Positions 1 through 12,594 of a stretch of DNA of 64,000 bases are shown piece by piece. The notes below the pieces were generated by a model. That model was not told where the DNA came from and did not search any database. It saw nothing but the letters and a program-made list of their open reading frames with translations. Origin of the DNA: Eledone cirrhosa (Eukaryota). The stretch spans positions 19,902,001-19,966,000 of the forward strand of contig OZ024744.1 of the NCBI GenBank assembly GCA_964016885.1, read 5' to 3'. Both the position numbers and the translations under genes were made by a program. Every line of letters starts with the position of its first letter. The first letter of the stretch is position 1.

Positions 1-195
1 GGACGCTCTTTATCATTGGTCTTAATGTTGATGACTGTCTCAAATCTGAACAACAACAACATGTGTACCCACAAGAAGCTAAATCTTTCAAATAGCTGCC
101 TTTCATTTTCTTCAGAAAATTATAAACTCACACACTGCTCACATATATTGAGTGCTTATTCGAATGGTTTACGTACACTAGTATAATTAAACACG

Positions 196-258
196 TGTAT
201 ACGCACGTGCGAGTGTCTGTGTGTGCCCAAATATTCACCTATTACATGTATGCATTTA

Positions 259-335
<77 letters not shown>

Positions 336-358
336 GTGTACATATATATGTGTGTGTA

Positions 359-389
<31 letters not shown>

Positions 390-520
390 GTGTACATATA
401 TATATATATATATATACATACGTATTGGACACATGCACACACACACATATGTATACTTATATATACACATACGCATACGCACACAAACGCACACGCACAC
501 AAACGCACACACACACACAT
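196..520. repeat. Compound dinucleotide microsatellite (TG)n/(TA)n/(CA)n
   Basis: Alternating runs of tgtgtg, tatata (up to about 28 bp) and cacaca/cgcaca read directly. The block TGTGTGTATTATA...TATTGTGTGTACATATA is locally duplicated at about 291-348 and 349-410. Confidence 0.95.
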
Positions 521-810
521 AACCTTTTAAGGAAACTTGATTCATTAAGACCACTTGAGCTTCAGCAATCCGTTGAGAATAGAAAAGCTCTATCGACCGG
601 AAGTGACCAAATGACCAAATCACCAGATGACCAAATACATAACTTGATGACCTGTTGTTGTCTTAAGGGATGGGTGTGTGTTGTAGAGTGGGGGTTGAGG
701 GTGGTGTTAGGTGGGGTTAGGTGTGGTTCGGTGGGTGAAGCGGAATATCTTAAATTATTTATCCAATTGATTTGATTTTCAGAAGTGGATATTAAGTAGT
801 TGTCACGGAG

Positions 811-1992
811 GTGGTGTTGGTGGTGGTGGTGTTAGTATTGGTGGTGATGGTAGTGGTGGTGTTAGTGGTGGTGGTACTGGAAGTGGTTGTGGTGGTGGTG
901 GTGGTAGTATTGGTGGTGATGGTAGTGGTGCTGGTGGTGGTGGTGTTAGTATTGGTGATGATGGTAGTCGTGGTGTTGGTGGTATTGGTAGTCGTGGTGG
1001 TGGTAGTGGTAGTGGTGTTGCTGGTGGTGGTAGTGGTGGTGGGGATGGTAGTGGTGGTGGTGGTGGGGATGGTAGTGGTGGTGGTGGTGGGGGTAGTGGT
1101 GAGGGGGGGATGGTAGTGGTGGTGGTGGTGGGGGTAGTGGTGGGGGGGATGGTAGTGGTGGTGGTGGTGGTAGTGGTGGTGGTAGTCGTGTATGGTAGTG
1201 GTGGTGGTGGTGGGGGCGGGGTGGGGATATTAGTGGTGGTGGTAGGGTGGTGGTGGTGGTGGTAGTGGTTGTGGTGGTCGTCGTCGTCGTGGTTGAGGTG
1301 GTAGAGCTGGTGGTAGTGGAGGTAATGGTGGTAGTGGTAGTGTTGCTGGTGGTAGTGGTGGTGGTGTGGGTGGTAGTGGTGGTGGTAGTGGTAGTGGTGG
1401 TGGTGGTTGTGGTAGTGGTGGTAATCGTGGTGGTTGTGGTGGTGGTAGAGGTGGTGGTGGTGGTAGTGGTGGTGGTGGTTGTGTTGGTGGTGTTGGTGGT
1501 GGTCCTGGTGGTGGTAGTGGTCGTGGTTGTGGTTGTGGTAGTGGTAGAGGGTGGGTGGTAATGGTTGATGTGGGGGTGGCAGTGGTGGTGGTAGTGGTCA
1601 TGGTAGTAGTGGTGGTGTTAGTGGAGGTGGTAGTGGTAGTGGTGGCGTTGTTAGTGGTGGTGGTGGTGGTGGTGGTGGAGGTGGAGGTGGTGGTGCTAGT
1701 ATTGGTGGTGATGGTAGTGGTGGTATTGGTGGTGTTGGTGGTAGTGGGGGTGGTGGTGGTAGTAGTGGTGGTAGTGTGGTGGTAGTGTGGTGGTAGTGGC
1801 AGTGGTGTTGGTGGTGGTCGTAGTGGTGGTGGTGGTAGTGGTGGGCGGTAGTGGTTGTGGGAGCGGGGTGGGGGTATTAGTGGTGGCGCTGGTGGTGGTA
1901 ATGGTGGTCGTGGTGGTGGTAAAGGTGTTGGTGGTGGTGGTAATGGTGGTGGTGGTACTGGTAGTGGTGTTGGTGGAAGTGGTCGTGGTAGT
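811..1992 (+). repeat. Degenerate (GGT)n trinucleotide tract with AGT/GAT/GTT/CGT variants
   Basis: About 1.18 kb of GGT triplets with scattered variant triplets. A 24-bp sub-period (ggtagtggtggtggtggtggggat) is visible near 1030-1150. It accounts for the poly-Val, poly-Gly and poly-Pro/Thr ORFs. Confidence 0.95.
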
Positions 1993-4900
1993 AGTGTTTG
2001 TCTGTGACTATATATATAGTAGTGTATGTCTGTCACTATATATAGTAGTGTCTGGCTGTCACTATATATAGTAGTGTTTGTCTGTCACTATATATATAGT
2101 AGTGTCTGTCTGTCACTATATATAGTAGCGTCTGGCTTCACTATATATAGTAGTGTCTGTCTGTCACTATATATAGTAGTGTATGTCTATGACTATATAT
2201 AGTAGTGTCTGGCTGTCACTATATATAGTCGTGTTTGTCTGTGACTATATATATAGTAGTGTTTGTCTGTGACTATATATATAGTAGTGTTTGTCTGTGA
2301 CTATATATAGCAGTGTCTGTCTGTGACTATATATATAGTAGTGTCTGTCTGTCATTATATTTAGTAGTGTCTGTCTGTGATTATATAAATAGTAGTGTCT
2401 GTCTGTCACTATATATAGTATGGATTGTCTGTCACTATATATAGCAGTGTCTGTCTGTGATTATATATATAGTAGTGTCTGTCTGTCACTATATATATAG
2501 CAGTGTCTGTCTGTCACTATATATAGTATTGTCTGCCTGTCACTATATATAGTAGTATCTGTCTGCGAATATATATAGTAGTGTCTGTCTGTCACTATAT
2601 ATAGTATGGATTGTCTGTCACTATATATAGCAGTGTCTATCTGTGATTATATATATAGTAGTGTCTGTCTGTCACTATATATATAGCAGTGTCTGTCTGT
2701 CACTATATATAGTATTGTCTGTCTGTCACTATATATAGTAGTATCTGTCTGCGAATATATATAGTAGTGTCTGTCTGTCACTATATATAGTAGTGTCTGT
2801 CTGTCACGATATATAGTAGTGTCTGTCTGTGAGTCTATACAGTAGTCTTTGTCTATCACTATATATAGTAGTGTCTGTCTGTATCTATATAGAGTAGTAT
2901 CTCTCTGGCACTATATATAGTAGTGTCTGTCTGTCACTATATATAGTACTGTCTGTCTGTGACTATATATATATTAGTGTATGTATGTCATTATATATAG
3001 TAGTGTCTGTCTGGGAATATATAAAGTAGTGTCTGTCTGTCACTATATATAGAAGTGTCTGTCTCTCATTATATATATAGTATTGTCTGTCTGTCATTAT
3101 ATATATAGTAGTGTCTGTATGTGACTATATATATAGTAGTGTTTGTCTGTGACTATATATATAGTAGTGTCTGTCTGTCACTATATATAGTAGTGTCTGT
3201 CTGTCACTATAAATAGTAGTGTCTGTCTGTGAATATATATAGTAGTGTCTGTCTGTGAATATGTATAGTAGTGACTGTTTGTGAATATATATAGTAGTGT
3301 ATGTCTGTCACTATATACATAGTAGTGTCTGTCTGTCACTATATATAGTAATGTCTGTCTGTAACTATATACAGTGGTGTCTCTCTGTGAATATATATAA
3401 TGGTGTCTGTCTGTCACTATATATAGTAGTGTCTGTCTCTCATTATATATATAGTAGTGTCTGTCTGTCACTATATATAGTAGTGTCTGTCTGTCACTAT
3501 ATATAGTAGTGTCTGTCTGTGACTATATATATATAGTAGTGTCTGTCTGTCACTATATATTGTAGTGTCTGTCTGTCACTATATATAGTAGTGTCTGTCT
3601 GTCCCTATATATAGTAGTGTCTGTATGTCACTATATATATAGTAGTGTCTGTCACTATATATATAGTAGTGTCTGTCTGTATCTATATAGAGTAGTATCT
3701 CTCTGGCTCTATATATAGTAGTAGTCTGTCTGTCACTATATACAGTAGTGTCTCTCTGTGAATATATATAGTAGTGTCTCTCTGTGAATATATATATATA
3801 CAGTAGTGTCTGTCTGTGACTATATATAGTAGTGTCTGTCTGTGAATATATATAGTAGTGTCTGTCTGTGACTATATATATAGTAATGTCTGTCTGTCAC
3901 TATATATATAGTAGTGTCTGTGTGAATATATATAGTAGTGTCTGTCTATGATTATATATAGTAGTGTCTCTCTGTCACTATATATATAGTAGTGTATGTC
4001 TGTCACTATATATAGTAGTGTCTGTCTATAATTATATATAGTAGTGACAGTCTGTCACTAAATATAAAGTAGTGTCTGTCTGTGACTATAGATAGTAGTG
4101 TCTGTCTGTTACTATATATATAGTAGTGTCTGTCTGTGACTATATATATAGTAGTGTCTGTCTGTGACTATATATATAGTAGTGTTTGTCTGTGACTATA
4201 AATAGCAGTGTCTGTCTGTGACTATATATATAGTAGTGTCTGTCTGTCACTATATATAGTAGTGTCTGGCTGTCACTATATATAGTAGTGTTTGTCTGTC
4301 ACTATATATATAGTAGTGTCTGTCTGTCACTATATATAGTAGCGTCTGGCTTCACTATATATAGTAGTGTCTGTCTGTCACTATATATAGTAGTGTTTGT
4401 CTGTCACTATATATATAGTAGTGTCTGTCTGTCACTATATATAGTAGCGTCTGGCTTCACTATATATAGAAGTGTCTGTCTCTCATTATATATATAGTAT
4501 TGTCTGTCTGTCATTATATATATAGTAGTGTCTGTATGTGACTATATATATAGTAGTGTTTGTCTGTGACTATATATATAGTAGTGTCTGTCTGTCACTA
4601 TATATAGTAGTGTCTGTCTGTCACTATAAATAGTAGTGTCTGTCTGTGAATATATATAGTAGTGTCTGTCTGTGAATATGTATAGTAGTGACTGTTTGTG
4701 AATATATATAGTAGTGTATGTCTGTCACTATATACATAGTAGTGTCTGTCTGTCACTATATATAGTAATGTCTGTCTGTAACTATATACAGTGGTGTCTC
4801 TCTGTGAATATATATAATGGTGTCTGTCTGTCACTATATATAGTAGTGTCTGTCTCTCATTATATATATAGTAGTGTCTGTCTGTCACTATATATAGTAG

Positions 4901-7878
4901 TGTCTGTCTGTCACTATATATAGTAGTGTCTGTCTGTGACTATATATATATAGTAGTGTCTGTCTGTCACTATATATTGTAGTGTCTGTCTGTCACTATA
5001 TATAGTAGTGTCTGTCTGTCCCTATATATAGTAGTGTCTGTATGTCACTATATATATAGTAGTGTCTGTCACTATATATATAGTAGTGTCTGTCTGTATC
5101 TATATAGAGTAGTATCTCTCTGGCTCTATATATAGTAGTAGTCTGTCTGTCACTATATACAGTAGTGTCTCTCTGTGAATATATATAGTAGTGTCTCTCT
5201 GTGAATATATATATATACAGTAGTGTCTGTCTGTGACTATATATAGTAGTGTCTGTCTGTGAATATATATAGTAGTGTCTGTCTGTGACTATATATATAG
5301 TAATGTCTGTCTGTCACTATATATATAGTAGTGTCTGTGTGAATATATATAGTAGTGTCTGTCTATGATTATATATAGTAGTGTCTCTCTGTCACTATAT
5401 ATATAGTAGTGTATGTCTGTCACTATATATAGTAGTGTCTGTCTATAATTATATATAGTAGTGACAGTCTGTCACTAAATATAAAGTAGTGTCTGTCTGT
5501 GACTATAGATAGTAGTGTCTGTCTGTTACTATATATATAGTAGTGTCTGTCTGTGACTATATATATAGTAGTGTCTGTCTGTGACTATATATATAGTAGT
5601 GTTTGTCTGTGACTATAAATAGCAGTGTCTGTCTGTGACTATATATATAGTAGTGTCTGTCTGTCACTATATATAGTAGTGTCTGGCTGTCACTATATAT
5701 AGTAGTGTTTGTCTGTCACTATATATATAGTAGTGTCTGTCTGTCACTATATATAGTAGCGTCTGGCTTCACTATATATAGTAGTGTCTGTCTGTCACTA
5801 TATATAGTAGTGTATGTCTATGACTATATATAGTAGTGTCTGGCTGTCACTATATATAGTCGTGTTTGTCTGTGACTATATATATAGTAGTGTTTGTCTG
5901 TGACTATTTATATAGTAGTGTTTGTCTGTGACTATATATAGCAGTGTCTGTCTGTGACTATATATATAGTAGTGTCTGTCTGTCACTATATATAGTAGTG
6001 TCTGTCTGTCATTATATTTAGTAGTGTCTGTCTGTGATTATATAAATAGTAGTGTCTGTCTGTCACTATATATAGTATGGATTGCCTGTCACTATATATA
6101 GCAGTGTCTGTCTGTGATTATATATATAGTAGTGTCTGTCTGTCACTATATATATAGCAGTGTCTGTCTGTCACTATATATAGTATTGTCTGTCTGTCAC
6201 TATATATAGTAGTATCTGTCTGCGAATATATATAGTAGTGTCTGTCTGTCACTATATATAGTAGTGTCTGTCTGTCACTATATATAGTAGTGTCTGTCTG
6301 TGAGTCTATACAGTAGTCTTTGTCTATCACTATATATAGTAGTGTCTGTCTGTATCTATATAGAGTAGTATCTCTCTGGCATTATATATAGTAGTGTCTG
6401 TCTGTCACTATATATAGTACTGTCTGTCTGTGACTATATATGTAATAGTGTATGTATGTCATTATATATAGTAGTGTCTGTCTGGGAATATATAAAGTAG
6501 TGTCTGTCTGTCACTATATATAGTAGTGTCTGTCTGTCATTATATATATAGTATTGTCTGTCTGTCATTATATATATAGTAGTGTCTGTATGTGACTATA
6601 TATATAGTAGTGTTTGTCTGTGACTATATATATATAGTAGTGTCTGTCTGTCACTATATATAGTAGTGTCTGTCTGTCACTATAAATAGTAGTGTCTGTC
6701 TGTGAATATATATAGTAGTGTCTGTCTGTGAATATGTATAGTAGTGACTGTTTGTGAATATATATAGTAGTGTATGTCTGTCACTATATACATAGTAGTG
6801 TCTGTCTGTCACTATATATAGTAATGTCTGTCTGTAACTATATACAGTGGTGTCTCTCTGTGAATATATATAATGGTGTCTGTCTGTCACTATATATAGT
6901 AGTGTCTGTCTCTCATTATATATATAGTAGTGTCTGTCTGTCGCTATATATAGTAGTGTATGTCTGTCACTATAAATAGTAGTGTCTGTCTGTGACTATA
7001 TATATATAGTAGTGTCTGTCTGTCACTATATATAGTAGTGTCTGTCTGTCACTATATATAGTAGTGTCTGTCTGTCCCTATATATAGTAGTGTCTGTATG
7101 TCACTATATATAGTAGTGTCTGTCACTATATATATAGTAGTGTCTGTCTGTATCTATATAGAGTAGTATCTCTCTGGCTCTATATATAGTAGTGTCTGTC
7201 TGTCACTATATACAGTAGTGTCTCTCTGTGAATATATATAGTAGTGTCTCTCTGTGAATATATATATATATAGTAGTGTCTGTCTGTGACTATATATAGT
7301 AGTGTCTGTCTGTGAATATATATAGTAGTGTCTGTCTGTGACTATATATATAGTAATGTCTGTCTGTCACTATATATATAGTAGTGTCTGTGTGAATATA
7401 TATAGTAGTGTCTGTCTATGATTATATATAGTAGTGTCTCTCTGTCACTATATATATAGTAGTGTATGTCTGTCACTATATATAGTAGTGTCTGTCTATC
7501 ATTATATATAGTAGTAACAGTCTGTCACTAAATATAAAGTAGTGTCTGTCTGTGACTATAGATAGTAGTGTCTGTCTGTTCCTATATATATAGTAGTGTC
7601 TGTCTGTGACTATATATATAGTAGTGTCTGTCTGTGACTATATATATATAGTAGTGCCTGTCTGTGACTATATATATAGTAGTGTCTGTCTGTCACTCCA
7701 TACATTAGTGTCTGTTTGTGACTATGTATATAGTAGTGTCTGTCTGTCACTAAATACATAGTAGTGTCTGTCTGTCACTATATACATTAGTGTATCTCTG
7801 TCACTATATGTATAGTAATCTCTGTCTGTAACTATATATATTAGTGTCTGTCTGTCACTATATATAGTAGTGTCTATA
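1989..7878 (+). repeat. 26-bp minisatellite, block 1 (forward): TAGTAGTGTCTGTCTGTCACTATATA
   Basis: Tandem units of about 22-32 bp whose length varies with the number of TA or TGTC sub-repeats. Common variants are GTCAC/GTGAC/GTGAA. The block contains higher-order duplications. Confidence 0.95.
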
Positions 7879-10510
7879 TATAGTCACAGACAGACATTAC
7901 AATATATATTTATAGACAGACACTACTATATATATAGTCACAGACAGACACTACTATATATATAGTCACAGACAGACACTACTATATATAGTCACAGACA
8001 GGCACTACCATATATAGTGACAGACAGACACTACTGTATATAGTAACAGACAGGCACTACTATATATATAGTCACAGACTGTCACTACTATATGTCTATA
8101 GTCACAGATAAACACTACTATATAGAGTGACAGCAGACACTACCATATATATAGAGTCAGTGACAGACATTATTATATATTGTGACAGACAGACACTACT
8201 ATATATATATAGTGGCAGACAGACACTACTATATCCAGTGACATACAAGCACTACTATATATATAGTCACAGACAGACACCACTATATATAGTGACAGAC
8301 AGACACTACTATATATATATAGGGATAGATAGACACCACTATATATATATTGACATACAGACACTACTATATATAGTTACAGACAGACACTACTATATAT
8401 AGTAACAGTCAGACACTACTATTTATATAGTGACACACAGACACTACTATATATAGTGACAGATATACACTACTATATATATAGTGACAGACACTACTAT
8501 ATATAGTGACAGACAGACACTACTATATATAGTGACAGACAGACACTACTATATATAGTGACAGACAGACACTACTATATGTAGTGACAGACAGATACTA
8601 CTATATATAGTGACAGACAGACACTACTAATATATAGTGACAGACATACACTACAATATAGTGTGACAGACGCTACTATATATACTTACAGACAGACGCT
8701 ACTATATATATGTATATAGTCACAGATAGCCATTACTATATATAGTGAAAGACATACACTACTATATATTGTGATAGACAGGCACTACTATATATAGTGA
8801 CAGACAGGCATTACTATATATAGTGACAATCAGACAGACACTACTATATATATGACAGACAGACTCTACTATATATAGTGACATACACTACTATATATAG
8901 TGACAGACAAACACTACTATATAGAGTGACAGACAGAAACTACTATATACGTTGACAGACAGTCACTACTATATATATAGTGACAGACAGACACTACTAT
9001 ATATAGTGACAGACAGACACTACTATATATAGTGACAGAACGACACTACCATCTATAGTGACATACATACACTACTATATATATTTATTCACAGACAGAC
9101 ACTACTATATATGGTCACAGACAGACACTACTATATATTGTGACAGACAGACACTACTATATATATAGTCACAGACAGACACTACTGTATATATAGTCAC
9201 AGTCAGACACTACTATATATAGTGACAGAGAGACACTACTATATATATAGTAACAGACAGACACTAATATATATAGTGACATTCAGACACTATATATATA
9301 GACCCTACTATATATAGTAAGAGACAGACTCTACTATATATAGTGACATACATATACTAGTATATATATATAGTGACAGTCAGACACTACTATATATAGT
9401 ATCAAACATACACTACTATATATAGTGACAGACAGATACTTCTATATATAGTGACAGACAGACACTACTATATATATATAGTCACAGACAGAGACTACTA
9501 TATATATAGAGACAGACATACACTACTATTTATAGTGACAGACATACACTACTATATATAGTGACAGACAGACACTTCTATATATATATATAATCACAGA
9601 TAGCCACTACTATATATAGTGAAAGACATACACTACTATATATTCACAGACAAACACTACCATATATTAACAGACAGACACTACTATATATATAGTGACA
9701 GACAGACACTACTGTATATAGTCAGAGACAGACACTATTATATATAGTGATAGACACACATTACTATATATATAGTTTGCGATAGACACTACCACATATA
9801 GTGACAGACAGACACTACTGTATATAATTGTTTCTACTTTTGGCACAAAGCCAGCAATTACCCAGTACATTACTGGTACTTTATTTTATCGACCCCGTAA
9901 GGATGAAAGGCAAAGTTAACCTCGGCGAGATTTGAACACAGACCGTAAATGGACGTAACTATGCTGGAAAGCATGGCGTCCGACTCTCTACTGATACTGC
10001 CAATCCACCGCCCTACTGTATATAATGACAGACAGACACTACTATATATATAGTCACAAACAGTCCCTACTATATATAGTGACAGACAGACACTACTATT
10101 TATATAGTGAAAGACAGACACTACTATATATATAGACACTGACATACACTACTATTTAGAGTGACAGACAGACACTACTATTTATATAGTGAAAGACAGA
10201 CACTACTATATATATAGACACTGACATACACTACTATTTAGAGTGACAGACAGACGCTACTATTTATATAGTCACAGACAGACACTACTATATATAGTGA
10301 CAGACATACACTACTATATATATTGACAGACAGACACTATTATATATATAGTGACAGACAGACACTACTATACATATAGTCACGGACAGACACAACTATA
10401 TATATTGACAGACAGACGCTAATATATATATATATAGTGACAGACAGACACTTCTATATATAGTCACAGACAGACACTACTATATATAGTTACAGACAGA
10501 CACTACTATG
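7879..10510 (-). repeat. 26-bp minisatellite, block 2 (reverse orientation), interrupted by a SINE
   Basis: Units read TATATAGTGACAGACAGACACTACTA, the reverse complement of the block 1 unit. Confidence 0.95.
9829..10012 (-). mobile_element. tRNA-derived SINE, copy 1, with 14-bp target-site duplication
   Basis: The minus strand begins GGCGGTGGATTGGCAGTATCAGTAG (A-box-like) and contains GTTCAAATC (B-box-like), followed by GCCTTTCATCCTTACGGGGTCGATAAAATAAAGTACCAG. It is flanked by CTACTGTATATAAT at 9815-9828 and 10013-10026. It is homologous to the copy at 11367. Confidence 0.88.
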
Positions 10511-11366
10511 CACAGTAGTGTCTCTCTGTGACTATATATAGCGGTGTCTGTCTGTCACTATATATAGTACTGTCTCCCTGTGAATATATATAGTAGTGTC
10601 TGTCTGTCACTATATATAGTAGTTTCTCTCTGTGACTATATATAGCAGTGTCTGTCTGTCACTATATATAGTAGTGTCTCTCTGTGAATATATATAGTAA
10701 TGTCTGTCTGTCACTATATGTATAGTAGTGTCTGTCTGTCACTATATATAGTAGTGTCTCTCTGTCACAATATATAGCAGTGTCTGTATATCACTATATA
10801 TAGTAGTGTATGTCTGTGACTCTACTCCGTAGTGTCTGTCTGTCACTATATATATAGTAGTGCTTGTCTCTCACTGTCTATATAGTAGTATCTGTCTGTG
10901 ACTATATATAGTAGTGTAGGTCTGTCACTATATATAGTAGTAAGTGTATGTGACTATATATATAGTAGTGTCTGTCTGTCACCATATATAATAGTGTATG
11001 TATGTCACTCTATATATAGTAGTGTCTGTCTGTCACTATATACAGCAGTGTCTGTCTGTCACAGTTTATAGTAGCGTCTGTCTGTCACTATATATAGTAG
11101 CATCTGTCTATGACTATATATAATAGTGTATGTCTGTCACCATATATAGTAGTGTATATCTGTCACTATATATAGAGTAGTGTATATATGTCACTATATT
11201 ATTAGTAGTGTCTGTCTGTCATTATATATATAGAGTAGCGTATGTCTGTCACTATATGTAGTAGTGTCTGTCTGTCAATATATATAGTAGTGTCTGTCTC
11301 TGACTATATACAGTAGTGTCTGTCTGTGATTATATATATAGTAGGTGAATTGTGATTATATATACA

Positions 11367-11553
11367 GGGCGGTGAATTGGCAGTATCGGTAGAGGGTTGG
11401 ACGCCATGCTTTGACGCATAGAGTTACGGCCCTTGCCATTCTGAGTTCAAATCCCGCCGAGGTTAACTTTGCCTTTCATCCTTATGGGGTCGATAAAATA
11501 AAGTACCAGTAATGTACTGGGTAATTGCTGGCCTTGTGCCAAAAGTAGAAACA
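11367..11553 (+). mobile_element. tRNA-derived SINE, copy 2
   Basis: GGCGGTGAATTGGCAGTATCGGTAG (A-box-like TGGCAGTATCGG), GAGTTCAAATCCC (B-box), then GCCTTTCATCCTTATGGGGTCGATAAAATAAAGTACCAG...GTGCCAAAAGTAGAAACA. Candidate 16-bp TSD ATTATATATATAGTAG at 11329-11344 and 11554-11569. Confidence 0.88.
11378..11455 (+). promoter_or_regulatory. Internal RNA polymerase III type-2 promoter (A and B boxes) of SINE copy 2
   Basis: TGGCAGTATCGG at about 11378-11389 resembles the A-box consensus TRGCNNARYGG. GAGTTCAAATCCC at 11443-11455 matches the B-box consensus GTTCRANNC. Activity is unknown. Confidence 0.6.
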
Positions 11554-12594
11554 ATTATATATATAGTAGTGTCTCTCTGTGAATATATATAGCAGTGTAT
11601 GTCTGTCACTATATGTATAGTAGTCTCTGTCTGTCACTATATAAAGTAGTGTCTGTCACTATATATATAGTAGTGTCTGTGTGTGACTATATGTAGTAGT
11701 GTCTGTCAGTCACTATATATATAGAAGTGTCTGTCTGTAACAATATAGTAGTGTCTCTATATGACTATATAAGTAGTAGTGTCTGTCTGTCACTATATAT
11801 ATTAGTGCCTGCCTGTCACTATATATAGTAGTGTCTGTCTGTGACTATATATAGTAGTGTATGTCTGTGACTATATATAGTAGTGTCTGTCTGTGACTAT
11901 ATAAATTAGTGTCTGTCTGTGACAATATATAGTAGTGTCTGTCTGTCACTATATATAGTAGTCTCTGTCTGTCACTATATACAGTAATGTATGACTGTCA
12001 CTATTTATAGTAATGTCTGTCTGTTGACTATATATATAGTAGTGTCTGTCTGTCACTATATATAGTATTGTCTCATTGTGACTATATATAGTAGTTTCTG
12101 TCTGTCACTATATATAGTAGTATCTTTCTGTCACTATATATAGTAGTGTCTGTCTGTCACTATATGTAGTAGTGTCTTTCTGTGACTATATATATATAGT
12201 AGTGTCTGTGTGTGACTAACTATAGTAGTGTCTGTATATGAATATATATAGAGTAGTGTATATCTGTGGAAATATAGAGTAGTGTCTGTCTGTGAATATA
12301 TATAGTAGTGTCTGTCTGTGACTATATATAGTTGTGTCTCTATATGAATATATATATATAGTAGTGTCTGTCTATGACTATATAGAGTAGTGTCTGTCTG
12401 TCACTATATATAGTAGTGTCTGTCTATCACTATAAATAGTAGGGTCTGTCTCTATATACAGTAGAGTGTGTCTGTGACTGTATATAGTAGAATGTGTCTG
12501 ACACTATACATATAGTAGTGTCTGTCTGTGACTATATATATATATAGTAGTGTCTGTCTGTGACTGTATACAGTAGTGTCTGTCTGTCACTATA

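Larger units (their letters stand above)
10511..12594 (+). repeat. 26-bp minisatellite, block 3 (forward), interrupted by a SINE
   Basis: The forward unit resumes after the quasi-palindrome CACTACTATG|CACAGTAGTG at 10501-10520. Confidence 0.95.

Noticed and set aside
195-775. YIYI/CVCV/HTHT ORFs
   Set aside because: They are translations of dinucleotide microsatellites.
811-2071. Poly-Val, Gly-rich and extensin/mucin-like Pro/Thr ORFs
   Set aside because: All frames of a (GGT)n tract give such peptides, and the frame shifts freely along the tract.
2647-10145. Repeated short ORFs (TDRHYYIYS / IVVSVCHYI)
   Set aside because: They are minisatellite translations, and 9870-10145 merely runs into the SINE. 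They are useful only as duplication markers.
11367-11460. Functional tRNA gene
   Set aside because: It has A and B boxes but no convincing cloverleaf, it continues into a SINE body, and it is flanked by a TSD.
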